Origin: Podarcis pityusensis
Lineage: Eukaryota
DNA: 64,000 nucleotides
Assembly: GCA_964106645.2 (NCBI GenBank)
Contig: OZ067040.1
Reading direction: 5' to 3' (one strand)
Under the pieces are notes generated by a model. It made no database searches. It saw only the letters and a list, made by a program, of their open reading frames with translations, and was not told the origin of the DNA. This document shows positions 51,601 through 62,406 of the stretch, piece after piece. A program made the position numbers and the translations under genes. The number at the start of each line of letters is the position of its first letter. Within the stretch, counting starts at the first letter, position 1.

Positions 51601-51724
51601 TTTCCTTGATCATATCCACATCAAGAAAGTTAAAGATCTACATACAAAGGTGATCAGTGACTATACTATTTAGATTTAAGACACATTTGGTGTGAGATTT
51701 ATTTATGCTCACTGGGTAGAGCAC

Positions 51725-52675
51725 ATTTATTTATTTCAACATTTATATACTGCCTTTCACTGTAAAACAACAAGGAGTTTACAAGATAAAAGCAACAAAA
51801 CAAACAGACATTAAAACAGAAATACCACTGATATTCTAATAGAGCTGTTATAAGAAATCGCTTCTCGGAAACGACCTCACAAATAGATACATCTTCAGGA
51901 ACTGGTAGAATACCACCATTGCAGATGCCCACCATGTCTCCAAGGAGAGGTTATTCCACAGCATGGGGGCCACTGCAGAGAAACCCTTTCTCAGGTCACC
52001 ACCAGATGCATTTCCAATGGGCACAGTGAAATTGGAAGGGCATCCTCCTACGATCTCTGTGAACAGACTGAAATGTGCGGAAGGAAGGAGGCACTCTGTC
52101 AGAGATCCTGGTCCTGAACATTTCAGGGCCTTACAAGTCAGTGACAAAACCTTACATTTGGTTCAGTAGTGAATTGGCAGCCAGTGCCTTTTAGCACAGA
52201 TGCAATGTGTGCCTTGGGGGAAGCTCCACTAAGTATCCTAGCTGCCACATTTTGCACTAGCTGCTGATTCCATACCAACTGTAAGGGCAGTTTCATATAG
52301 AGCACATTGCAATAATTCAATCCAGAGGCTACTATTAGTGCATGGGTGACTCTGTCCAGGAAAGAGCATAGCTGATACACGAGCCAAAAGTGGTAACCAG
52401 CACTCTGGACCAGCAAAGTCACCTGAGCCTCCAGTGACAAAGATCAAGCAGCACCCCAAGCTATAAAACATCTACTTCAGGGATGTGCAACTCTAGCCAG
52501 GCCCAGATCCTGAATCCATGAACCACTCACCTGCAGAGCCTCCATCTTGTTAGGATTCCACTCCAGCTTTTATTGGCCCTCATCCCGCCCACCAATGCAT
52601 CCAATAACTGGTTCAGGACCTGCACTGTGACACCTGACTCAAATTAACAGAGAAACAGGGCTGGGTGTCATCAGA
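51725..52675 (-). mobile_element. degraded L2 LINE 3' region (ORF2 C-terminus and tail)
   Basis: Minus-strand translation HALIVASGLNYCNVLYMKLPL...QLVQNVAARILSG and GFSAVAPMLWNNL is typical of L2 ORF2; frameshifted; (TAAA)n-type tail. Confidence 0.85.
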
Positions 52676-53251
52676 ATTCCAGGATTATAAACATAAATAT
52701 GTAACTAGCAAGGTAGATTTCAAATGTCATGTCTGCAGGCTTTATTGGTCTCTATTTCTCCACAGAAATTTCATTTTTTAATGGGTATTATAGCATGTGA
52801 TAATTGCATCTCAATGTCACATTCAAGTTCTGAGTTCATTTCTTCCATGCAAAAATCAGGTAGTTAGACCATTGGTCACTAGTGTTTCTCAGCTTTCTCT
52901 CTCTCTAATCTCCTAAGGCCACTTTTATAGTTCATTCACCTATAAGATCTTTGAGAGTGAGCCAGTAGTCATGTCATACTGTCAGGTGATCACAGAAACA
53001 AATAAACAAATTCTACTCAGCTTTGCAATGCTTTTTGGTATGTGTTATTTCCAAAAGATTATAGTTTTGCAACATCACTAAGTGCTGAAATAAATGCCAC
53101 TCTAGAGACAAAGGAGGGTCGGGGATCCCTTGCCTTTACATTGACTGCTTCCCTGTAATAACAATGTAGGGCACTTTTGTATCAAACTGTTTTTCCTGTG
53201 TGAACGCATAAACTTATTTAAATGGTTTGACATGTGCTCTTTTCCTTTCAG

Positions 53252-53371
53252 GTTATTGGAGTTATTAGCAAAGACATTATCCCTAAAGGAACACGCTTTG
53301 GACCCCTGGTTGGTGAAATCTATACCAATGGCACAGTTCCTAAGGATGCAAACAGAAAATACTTTTGGCGG
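53252..53371 (+). CDS. PRDM1: Blimp-1 exon 3 (PR domain)
   Basis: [40 protein letters not shown]; TTTCAG| and CGG|GTAAGT; 120 nt, phase 0-0; absent from the ORF track. Confidence 0.97.
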
Positions 53372-53899
53372 GTAAGTAGGAAAAACTAATGGTTATGCGT
53401 AAATAGTTCGTTAAATAAGCACCACTGAAAAGAAACCACACTTCAGTGTTGACACCTGCTTAAGTTGTGATGGTTGAGGTGGCAATATGTTAACAGAAAT
53501 ACAGGTGAACTGAGTGAACATACACTGAGTGAAATACAACTGAGTGAACTGAGAATGATAGAAAGCATCTTTTTTAGTTGTCCTACAATACATCATTGTT
53601 AGATCAGATTTTTTTAAAGCCTGCTGATTCACAATCCTATACAGTGGCAGTTTGTTTTTTTTAATCATCTATCCCTTAATTTCACTATGAACCTTACCCT
53701 AGGATGCTTCTCAGACTAATTAGTAATATTTCTCAATCTTGTACTCTGTGATGAATTACTTTTTGAAATACTGAACTATTGTAATAAGCTATTTGTTTTC
53801 CATTGCACAAGTTAATAGGGCAACTTCCTAAAATGCTGCCAAGCCTGTTGTCTCAAGATGCCCTTATTTAATAGTTGTGATAAAGGGAAATAGCACCTC

Positions 53900-54236
53900 C
53901 TGGCTGGAGTACTGGGCTTGGACACTCACTGACCAGATAGTTTTGAGCAAGGCCCTGTCTCTTAATCCAGGGTGCCCTTCAGATATTGTTGGACTCCCAT
54001 CTTCCAAGAGCTGCAGCCAGCATGACCAATGATGGGAGCTGTAGTCCAACAATATCTGGAGGCATAATGTAGGCTACACCTGTCTTCATCTAACTTACCT
54101 CACAGGATTGTTGTAAGGTTAAAAATTCAGAAGTTGTTGGACTACAACTCCCACCATCCATGACCACTGGCCATGCCAGGACTGATGGGAGTTAGAATGG
54201 AAACACATCCAGAAAGCCAGACATTCCCCATCCCTG
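53900..54236. mobile_element. CORE-SINE remnant interrupted by a hAT-like element (53968-54082), followed by a second palindromic hAT-like fragment
   Basis: TSD TCTTAATC / TCTTCATC; SINE resumes with ACCTCACAGGATTGTTGTAAGG; GGACTACAACTCCC core. Confidence 0.6.
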
Positions 54237-55456
54237 GGCTAAAATAACAGATATGTGCCTCTGTAATGCCTTAGGCAAGATGTCACTTCTTAGCGCAATA
54301 AATATTATAAAAAGAATTTAGCTTTAAAAAAACAACAACAACACACATCATTCTTTTTTTTAAAGGCTGCAGGAAGAAAATTTCCGAAGACATGAGTGTC
54401 TAATGTCAAAGCTATCAGGTTTCTTCCATGCTAGAGGCTTACTAAAGTATACCAACTGCAATCCACTTTACCCAACCCAATACTTCAACAAAAGGGCTGC
54501 ATTCCAAGTACAAATAAGTTTTAATTTAGGGTTCAGGGTGGGGGATAGTCGCATAGCTTAAACCTTTGTGTGGCGGCAGCAGGAAACTGTCCTGCTGCAT
54601 CTGAGCACTCCAACATCACATGTCATTCTGAAAGGTGGCTGTTTAAACATTGTTTCCATGTTTTCCTTTGTTACATCTTAATGATTCAATAGAAACAAGT
54701 GTGACTTGATTCTCTGTTCTCCTTAACCATTAGTATTTTTTCAATAAAATACACTTTAAGGAATCTCCTGCACTGGGAGATGCCAGTTGGCATCTGTCAT
54801 CAAGTCTTTTCAGTACTCACATCGGGAGAACTAAAGAAAGGTTCAGGGCTGGCCCTACCATTAGACAGAGTAAGACAGCTGCCTTAGGCAGCAATTGCTA
54901 AGTGGCAGAGAGCAGTGGTGAGGTGTTGAAGGGTAGACTTTTGTATGCCATGCGTCAGTACATGGAATGGAGTAGGGTGCCATTTTTTCCTTCATCTCAG
55001 GCAGGAAAATATCTTGGCCTCACCCTAGAAGCATGCATGCTTTCAGACTAGTCATTAGCACATTTAAGTAATTAAACAAATCTTACAAGAGGATTCTGAC
55101 TATGTAACAGGATGTTATTCCAGACTTTCATTGAGGAAGCTAACATCATGCTTGTGTTATGTGCCTTCTGAAAAGTCTTGGTATTTACTTTTGTTTATTC
55201 TTTTGCTTCACACACTCTCCAAGTAGAAAAGGTTCTTTCCTAAGGGCCTGAAAACAGTCTTGCACATGCAAAGGAAATTGTGGAAGATAATTTCCCACAT
55301 GTCATATAAAAGACATCCTGATTTGGCTGGCAGGAACAGGAACATCTGTTGTATGTAAGCATAAATGTTCCATTCAAAATATACCCTCTAAAAAGAGAAG
55401 GCATGAATATGCTGTGCAAACTCCAGGGTGATGTCATTTCTTGTAATTGCTACAGT

Positions 55457-55691
55457 ATGACTCAGCACATTTTTAATCTTCCACACGATACACGGAAATC
55501 TGGTGAGGTGGCAAAATAAAGTTTTATGAGGCCATTCGATCTTACTGCAGTGAAATGTGTGTGTTTTGAAGAAAGCAATACAGTAAATTCTACTAGCTCT
55601 GGAAAGATGACTGGAAGTCACTTGGTCTAACTTCGGAAAGTAGTTTCTATCTGTAATAGAAGTGTACATCAATGGAACTCAGTTCCTGGAA
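55457..55691. promoter_or_regulatory. candidate intron 3 element: CNC-sMaf (MARE/ARE) and BCL6/STAT motifs
   Basis: ATGACTCAGCA 55457-55467; TTCCTGGAA 55683-55691; motif evidence only. Confidence 0.4.
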
Positions 55692-57036
55692 GCTTGCAAA
55701 TCGGAGCTAACAAACTCCTCTTGAGTGCATAATTCTTCAGGCTTTGTTCCATCTTTCTCATAACAAAAACACCGCAAAATCTCTCAAGCTTCTTTGATGA
55801 AGCCACATGTATTTCCTCAGCCTCAAATGACAGGAAGTAAGAAAGTGATTCTGGTGTTTACTGCCTGTGTTAAAAGGCCAGCTTTTGTTGCTGCTTTTTT
55901 TTTAATGACTTCTCAGTCGATTCTTACATCAAACAGCATTCAGAAGAAATTGAACGTGCATGTCAAAAAGCACAGGGAAATGGTGCAACATTGCATTCGG
56001 ACATGGGAAAGCCAAACTGAAATCCTATCCCAGCCATTACGCTAATCTATGGCACTAACTTCATGGGGATTTTATTTTTAAGTAAAACAAAACAGGGATG
56101 CATATTGTCACTGGCCCAGAGCCCTTTGGAACAAGGCAGGAAAGAGGGGAAAAACAAATATTTCCTATTTGAACATGATGACTTGTGAAACTTTTTTTTA
56201 AGAAACCTCACAACCTTATAGTTACCAGTTAACTATAGTTAACTGTGCCATAGTTTCAGTGGTAAACTGAAAGCAAGGCTACACTACAGTCTACAGGTAC
56301 AGCTTTGTCAGGAGTTTTCTATATTCACTTTCATATTCTCAGATGCGCACTGGAAAACAAGGATATATTGAATCAGTACATTATTTGTTCTTCCGTCACA
56401 TGCTGTAGAGTTATATTTTCTCAAACATACCAGCTGAGAGAGAAAAGTATTTCTCTTACTGTCACAATCTGGCCCCCTTCCAGATCTCCAGTTAGTTATA
56501 CAAAATACAGTTCACTTTACCCCACCAGTCCTTTAACAAAAGGGCTACATTCCAAGTATGCTCAAGTGTCATTTTAGGACTTTGGGGTGGTTGATATTTG
56601 CGTAACTTAAAGCTTTGGGTGGTGGTGGTAGGAAACAGCAAGTAAAGAGGCCATGGGGGGGGGCAGGAAGACAAGGGCAAGGAATTGGTTGTGACATAAC
56701 CATGCTAATCAGTCTTTACAAAAGTGACTCACCACATTATTGCAAGCACACAGTCAGACCTTAAGTCAATAATACCACCCACTTGTTGACCAGCAGTCCA
56801 AGAGTCTTAAAGCAGAGGCACTGGATACTGAACTTTTAAGTAGTATGCTTTCATTTGAATGCTAAGCATCAAAATACACATGGCATCAGAAAAAAGTTAC
56901 AAAGCATATTCCATTTGGATCATCTCCTACAGTCTATAAAGGGTACTTACCATCCACTAGTATATTTCATTGCCTTTTTTTAAAAAAGGGTTCTTTTCCA
57001 TTTATACCTTACATTTCTATCTTCCATTCTCTGCAG

Positions 57037-57286
57037 ATATATTCTGGTGGTGAACTTCTCCACTTCATTGATGGATTTAATGAGGAAAAGAGCAATTGGA
57101 TGCGTTATGTAAACCCAGCACATTCTGTTCAGGAGCAGAACCTGGCTGCTTGTCAGAATGGAATGGATGTCTACTTTTATACTATCAAACCCATACCACC
57201 TGGCCAGGAATTGCTTGTGTGGTATTGCCGGGACTTTGCGGAAAGGTTACACTATCCTTCCACTGGAGACCTGGTGATGAATATAA
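57037..57286 (+). CDS. PRDM1: Blimp-1 exon 4 (PR domain C-terminal half)
   Basis: [42 protein letters not shown]...[17 protein letters not shown]; CTGCAG| and A|GTAAGT; 250 nt. Confidence 0.97.
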
Positions 57287-58670
57287 GTAAGTAGATTACA
57301 GCAGACTTGCATGCAAATAATGTCTTTTGCCAATGGGGTGTGTGTCTAAAATATGCATTATACCTACACACAAAATTTATCATGAAGTTTGCTATAATTT
57401 AGGGCCTTGACACGAGAAGATAGTAGCTTTCACCCCGCTGCAAATTGAAGGCTGCAAATTGGGGGCCTCTACCTGGATCATGACCACAGGGATGACACCC
57501 TCCTGGTAACTAGAGTAGGTCACCCAGCACACTCATGGTGGTTCTAGATCATGGCCAAACACTTCAGCAGAATTTGTTGTGAACGTAATTTGTTTCTAAA
57601 TGGGTCATGAATGATGTAACGATAAACATCATCTCCATTCTTAGCTTGTCTGGAAATTCTTTTACCTCAGAACTTCTAGGTTCTCATTCATCTCACAAAA
57701 CAGATGCCTTATTTAGAACAAAAATGTGAATCAGCATTATTAAAATCCTCTACTCAAAATGTTCAGCAGCATTTACTCAAGAAATTACTCTGCACGCCCA
57801 CAGCTATTTTTCAAGGTCTCAGGGGAAAGAATTAGAATTAAATCTCTCAGGCAACTATTAGGAGGGCCACAAAAGAAAGGTTCTTTAAACTAGATCTGGG
57901 CAGAAAACGATTCACTGTACATTTGTCATTTATGTTGTTTCACTGAGCACTAAGTGGCTATACTGGTAAAAATGCTCCTCAGATTGGGTGTAACTTGTGA
58001 TGAAGATATGCTAACCTTACAGTTGATCTGTATGTATTAAGACAAGGAACAGCATTTTTTTGGGCATAGAGTGAAAACTCGTAGAAACCATGGCTTAAAT
58101 TTAGTTTATGAATGTGAAATGGGGGAAGCAGGTGCTTTTTGTAGGCGAGGATATAGGCTTAATAGGGATTTTTGCACAAATGACACTGAACATAAAGCAT
58201 ATTGTGAAGGGACCACAAAAGACTCACTTCAGTACTTCACTGCATGTAGCGTGAACATACTGGACCAGTATGTGAACCAGCAGAAACGTGCTCTGGTTCT
58301 TGTAACTTATCTAGGAGTGTTGTGTTTCTCTCTGATATTTACCTTGGGGTGTGTGTGTGTGTAAACCACCACAAATGACAATTTTAACTTCTTGCCTTTC
58401 TGACAAGACTTTGCTAGAAGGCTGATAGGAGCATGGCAGACTGTCTGTCTAATAGCTCCACATCTATCACTCCATTCTTCTGCTATGCATGTACGCATAC
58501 ACACATCACTTTTCATCTGTTCCTCTGAATTTTTTTTCTAAGTTGCTGGCTTAATGAAGAGCTAGCTGATCAAAAGCAAAAAAATAATAAAAAATAGGAA
58601 GATAACTCTCTCTCTCCCCCCCCCCCCCCAATGCCTCTAGGAAAATGTGGAACTAGCAAACTCTAGACCA

Positions 58671-58805
58671 AGTGTTGTGTAGTAGTTAGAGTATTGGACT
58701 AGGGCATGAGAGATCAGGGGAGACCAAATCCCCACGCAGTCTTGAAGTTCATTGGGTGAACTTGGGCCAGTCACTTACTGGCCCACAGGGTTGTTGTGTG
58801 GATTA
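58671..58805 (+). mobile_element. old tRNA/CORE SINE (MIR/Squam3-like)
   Basis: Box-A-like GTGTAGTAGTTAGAGT; TGGGTGAACTTGGGCCAGTCAC; CACAGGGTTGTTGTG. Confidence 0.65.
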
Positions 58806-59193
58806 CTAGGTATGAAGCCTAATTCAAAATGTTAGATTTTGGACAAGAGTAAGACTCACAGCAACAAATGAATCACGAAGTTCAATGCTATCACTTTTGG
58901 GGTTATATATCACACTACATGTGTTAATTAGTTTACCAGTGACAGTATATTTGTCATTGGTAAATTAATCATGACTGTTTCTTGAGAATGGTATTTTGGC
59001 TCACTACAAGTTTTAATGCAGTTAGCAATGTTGAAGCAATTATCACCAATCTGCTACTGTAAAAGGTGTGCCTACTTAATATTTGTTTAAGCTCTGATTA
59101 TCACTAATTGTAATTTTTGCATCTTATTACCATTCAGTTCCCACCTTACAATTTTCTCTTTTATGTATACCTGCCTAGTAAGATTTCATTTCC

Positions 59194-59315
59194 TGCATCA
59201 GAGGAAGTGGGTATGAGTCCACAGAAGTTCATGCCACAATAAATTTACAAAATTATTAGCTAAATCAACAAAGTCTTTAAGGAGCTACAATAGTCTTTTT
59301 TTGCTTTTAGTAGCA
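59194..59315 (+). mobile_element. degenerate Penelope-like pLTR fragment
   Basis: GCATCAGAGGAAGTGG...CCACAGAAGTTCATGC...AATAAA...GTCTTTAAGGAGCTACA parallels the element at 47606-47680. Confidence 0.5.
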
Positions 59316-59796
59316 CCTCTTGTGTGTCTCATCCATAGTTCTGTTATTCATGCATGATTGCAAGGCACTCAGTCACCTTTTAAAGTGACGAGTGTTGAAA
59401 CTTGTTTGTTTTCGTTAGAAGCAGTTGAAGGAGCTGGAACAGCCAAATCCTTTTGCCTTGGAAAGGTATATAGTAAGCTGCCTTGTTATCTACAAAGTAT
59501 GCATCAGGTGCTACTGTGTTTTCTGTAATCAGTTTAATCCAATAATATACAAGAAAGGTGAGACTAGAACAAATGTAGCAGAAATGAACTGACTGGATCA
59601 TGATAATCACCCAGGATTTAATAAGTAGCTACTGAGTTTATTTCTGTTGAGTATAATGCTGTGCTATTCCTTCCACCAATGCAAATACCTAGGAATGACT
59701 ATTTATATGTGTGTTTTAAGGCAGAGGCTAATGACCAATGTCTGTAAATTGTCTTTATTGGCCTTAAAAATTCATTGCCTTGTTTTTATATTTCAG

Positions 59797-60842
59797 CACA
59801 AAGCCATGTTAATCCAAAGCAGCCAGCTAATGACAAAGATGAACTTTATCTAAAAACTGTTCCCAGAAGAGAGCACAGTGTGAGGGAAATCCTGAAAACT
59901 GATTCCAGTAATCCCAAAGGAAAGGAATTATTTTATAGCCACATTTATCCACATACTCAAGAAAAAGACTTGGAGGGCTTGAGAAAAAATTGTAGTCCTG
60001 AAAAGCCTTTCTATCCTCGTATTGTCTACCCAATCCGACCGCCCATCCCTGAAGATTACCTGAAGGCTTATAGGATTGAGAGGCCAAGTTACATTGCCCA
60101 CTCACCTATCCAGTCTTCTACCACACCAAGCCCCTCAGCAAGAAGTAGTCCAGACCAAAGTTTGAAAAGCTCAAGCCCTCACAGCAGCCCAGTTACAGTC
60201 TCACCCCTAGCTTCTATGACTCAAGAGCACAGAGAACCTTATCCTTACTTGAATGGACTCTATAACTCAGAAGGATTAGGGGCATATTCTGGGTATGCAC
60301 CTTCAAGCCATCTCCCGCAAGCCTTTCCCTACCACAAATTTTTGTTACCACCATATGGCATGAGCATCAACAATTTCAACCTCTTTCCAAGGATGTATCC
60401 TTTCTACAGCAGCCTACTCAGTGGAGGAAGCATCCCCAATCATATGCTGAACTCCTCTCCAGGACTTCCAAGTTCCTTGCCATCTGATGGAAGCCGACAG
60501 CTGCTGCAACCTGACCATCCAAGGGACTTCCTCATCCCTGCACATAACAGTGCCTTCTCTATCACAGGGGCAGCTGCCAGTATGAAAGACAAGCCATGTA
60601 GCCCAACTAGTGGATCGCCCACAGCGGGCACAGCAGCCACTTCAGAACACATAATGCAACCTAAACCTACCTCAGCAGTGTTGGCTGCCACCAGCAATGA
60701 AGAAGCCATGAATCTTATCAAGAACAAGCGAAACATGACTGGTTACAAAACCCTCCCATACCCACTGAAGAAACAGAATGGGAAAATAAAGTATGAATGC
60801 AATGTCTGCTCCAAAACCTTTGGTCAGCTCTCTAATTTGAAG
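59797..60842 (+). CDS. PRDM1: Blimp-1 exon 5 (Pro/Ser-rich region, start of ZF1)
   Basis: ...[26 protein letters not shown]...[34 protein letters not shown]; TTTCAG| and AAG|GTAGGC; 1046 nt, phase 1-0. Confidence 0.98.
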
Positions 60843-61465
60843 GTAGGCCTTTGAAGGAAAATATCATTTCTAGACCTCATGGATAAACAAACAAAACCCC
60901 AAACCAATCTGGTTACTGTCTCTCTGGAAAGTCTTTCTTAAGCACCTGTTTCTTCTAGGCTTTAATCACCTATGTTGGTTTTAGTATAGTATCTTGATAT
61001 TGTGGTAATAACTTTTGAGGTTTAATAAACCTTTGGGGTTTAATTACCTTTTGACATTTTCAAAGGATAACTCCCTGCAACAATTGAGCAAGTTGATTTT
61101 AGCATGTAGTGGACATAATCTTTTCATTCTCATTCCTTGTGGGGCTTTTGTTCTGATAACTGCTAAGTGAGAGCATCCATGGAATAGCCAGATTTAATTT
61201 GTGTTCTTCATTGGATCATCAATAAGTGCAAAATGGCCCTAGAAACTTGGAGAACAGTTCCAATGCTGCATTTTTAAAAAACATACTTTTTAGGGAGCCT
61301 TTTTTAAAGCCTATCCAAGTTAACTGTATATTGTGCAACTTTGGGCAAAAGTAATAAAAGCAACAGTGCCTGGTATTTTAGATACTCAATAAGTAGATTA
61401 GGATATTTAACACACTATCTTGGAAGCTATTACGAAAGTATAATAAATGTTCTGTTTCTTAAAAG

Positions 61466-61594
61466 GTTCACCTTCGAGTACACAGCGGAGAAAGACCATT
61501 CAAATGTACTACTTGCAATAAAGGATTCACTCAGTTGGCTCACCTCCAAAAGCACTATCTGGTACACACAGGAGAAAAGCCCCATGAATGTCAG
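61466..61594 (+). CDS. PRDM1: Blimp-1 exon 6 (end of ZF1, ZF2, start of ZF3)
   Basis: [43 protein letters not shown]; AAAAG| and CAG|GTATGT; 129 nt. Confidence 0.97.
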
Positions 61595-61830
61595 GTATGT
61601 CACAATTAGTATATAATGAGATCATGACTTGGGTGCAAAATAACATTGAGGCAGACTTGAGCACACAACTGGAACACACAACTGTTTGTTGCAGTCAGTT
61701 GTGGTTTTCTAAATGGAGATCAATGAGAAAGTAAAAGACTGGATGACACCTTTTCAGAATTACTTATGCATTTTCAAAGAGCAAACTACCACCTTTCTTC
61801 TAAGGTTCTCATTCTCTCCTCCCTGATCAG

Positions 61831-62406
61831 GTCTGCCACAAGCGATTCAGCAGCACAAGCAACCTGAAGACCCACCTGCGGCTACATTCTGGAGAGAAGC
61901 CTTACCAGTGCAAGCTTTGCACTGCTAAATTTACCCAGTTTGTGCACTTGAAACTGCACAAACGGCTCCACACCAGAGAGCGCCCGCACAAGTGTATCCA
62001 TTGCCACAAGAGCTATATCCACCTTTGCAGCCTCAAGGTCCACCTGAAAGGCAACTGCCCTGTTGTCCCTGAACCCACCCTTTCGACAGAGGACCTCAAC
62101 CGGATCAATGAAGAGATTGAGAAATTTGACATTAGTGACAGTGCAGACAGGCTGGACGATGTTGAGGACAACATTGACATGGCATCTATAGTAGAAAAAG
62201 AAATACTTGCTGTGCTTAAACGAGAGATGGAAGGAACTACTCTTAAAGCATCGCTGCAGAGGAACCTGGGAAATGGGCTGGTTTCCTCAGGATGTAACCT
62301 TTATGAATCATCAGATATGTCAGTTGTGAAGTTGCCTCAAGGTCATCCACTACCTCGGGTACCTATAAAGGTCAAGCAAGAAGCAGTTGAACCAATGGAC
62401 CCTTAA
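61831..62406 (+). CDS. PRDM1: Blimp-1 exon 7 coding part (ZF3-5, acidic C-terminus, IKVKQE SUMO motif, stop)
   Basis: VCHKRFSSTSNLKTHLRLHSGEKPYQC...VKQEAVEPMDP*; ATCAG|; TAA at 62404-62406; total CDS 2304 nt = 767 aa. Confidence 0.98.
   Translation, partial: VCHKRFSSTSNLKTHLRLHSGEKPYQCKLCTAKFTQFVHLKLHKRLHTRERPHKCIHCHKSYIHLCSLKVHLKGNCPVVPEPTLSTEDLNRINEEIEKFDISDSADRLDDVEDNIDMASIVEKEILAVLKREMEGTTLKASLQRNLGNGLVSSGCNLYESSDMSVVKLPQGHPLPRVPIKVKQEAVEPMDP

Noticed and set aside
53510-53552. CTGAGTGAA repeated three times near exon 3
   Set aside because: Short degenerate tandem repeat with no supporting context
56226-56245. Perfect 20-bp palindrome CAGTTAACTATAGTTAACTG
   Set aside because: Resembles the AACCATGGTT/AACTATAGTT core of degenerate TIR elements seen elsewhere in the window; no independent support
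53372-57036. PRDM1-beta alternative first exon (MEK start) in intron 3
   Set aside because: No ATG GAA AAG followed by a donor site could be found; cannot support it
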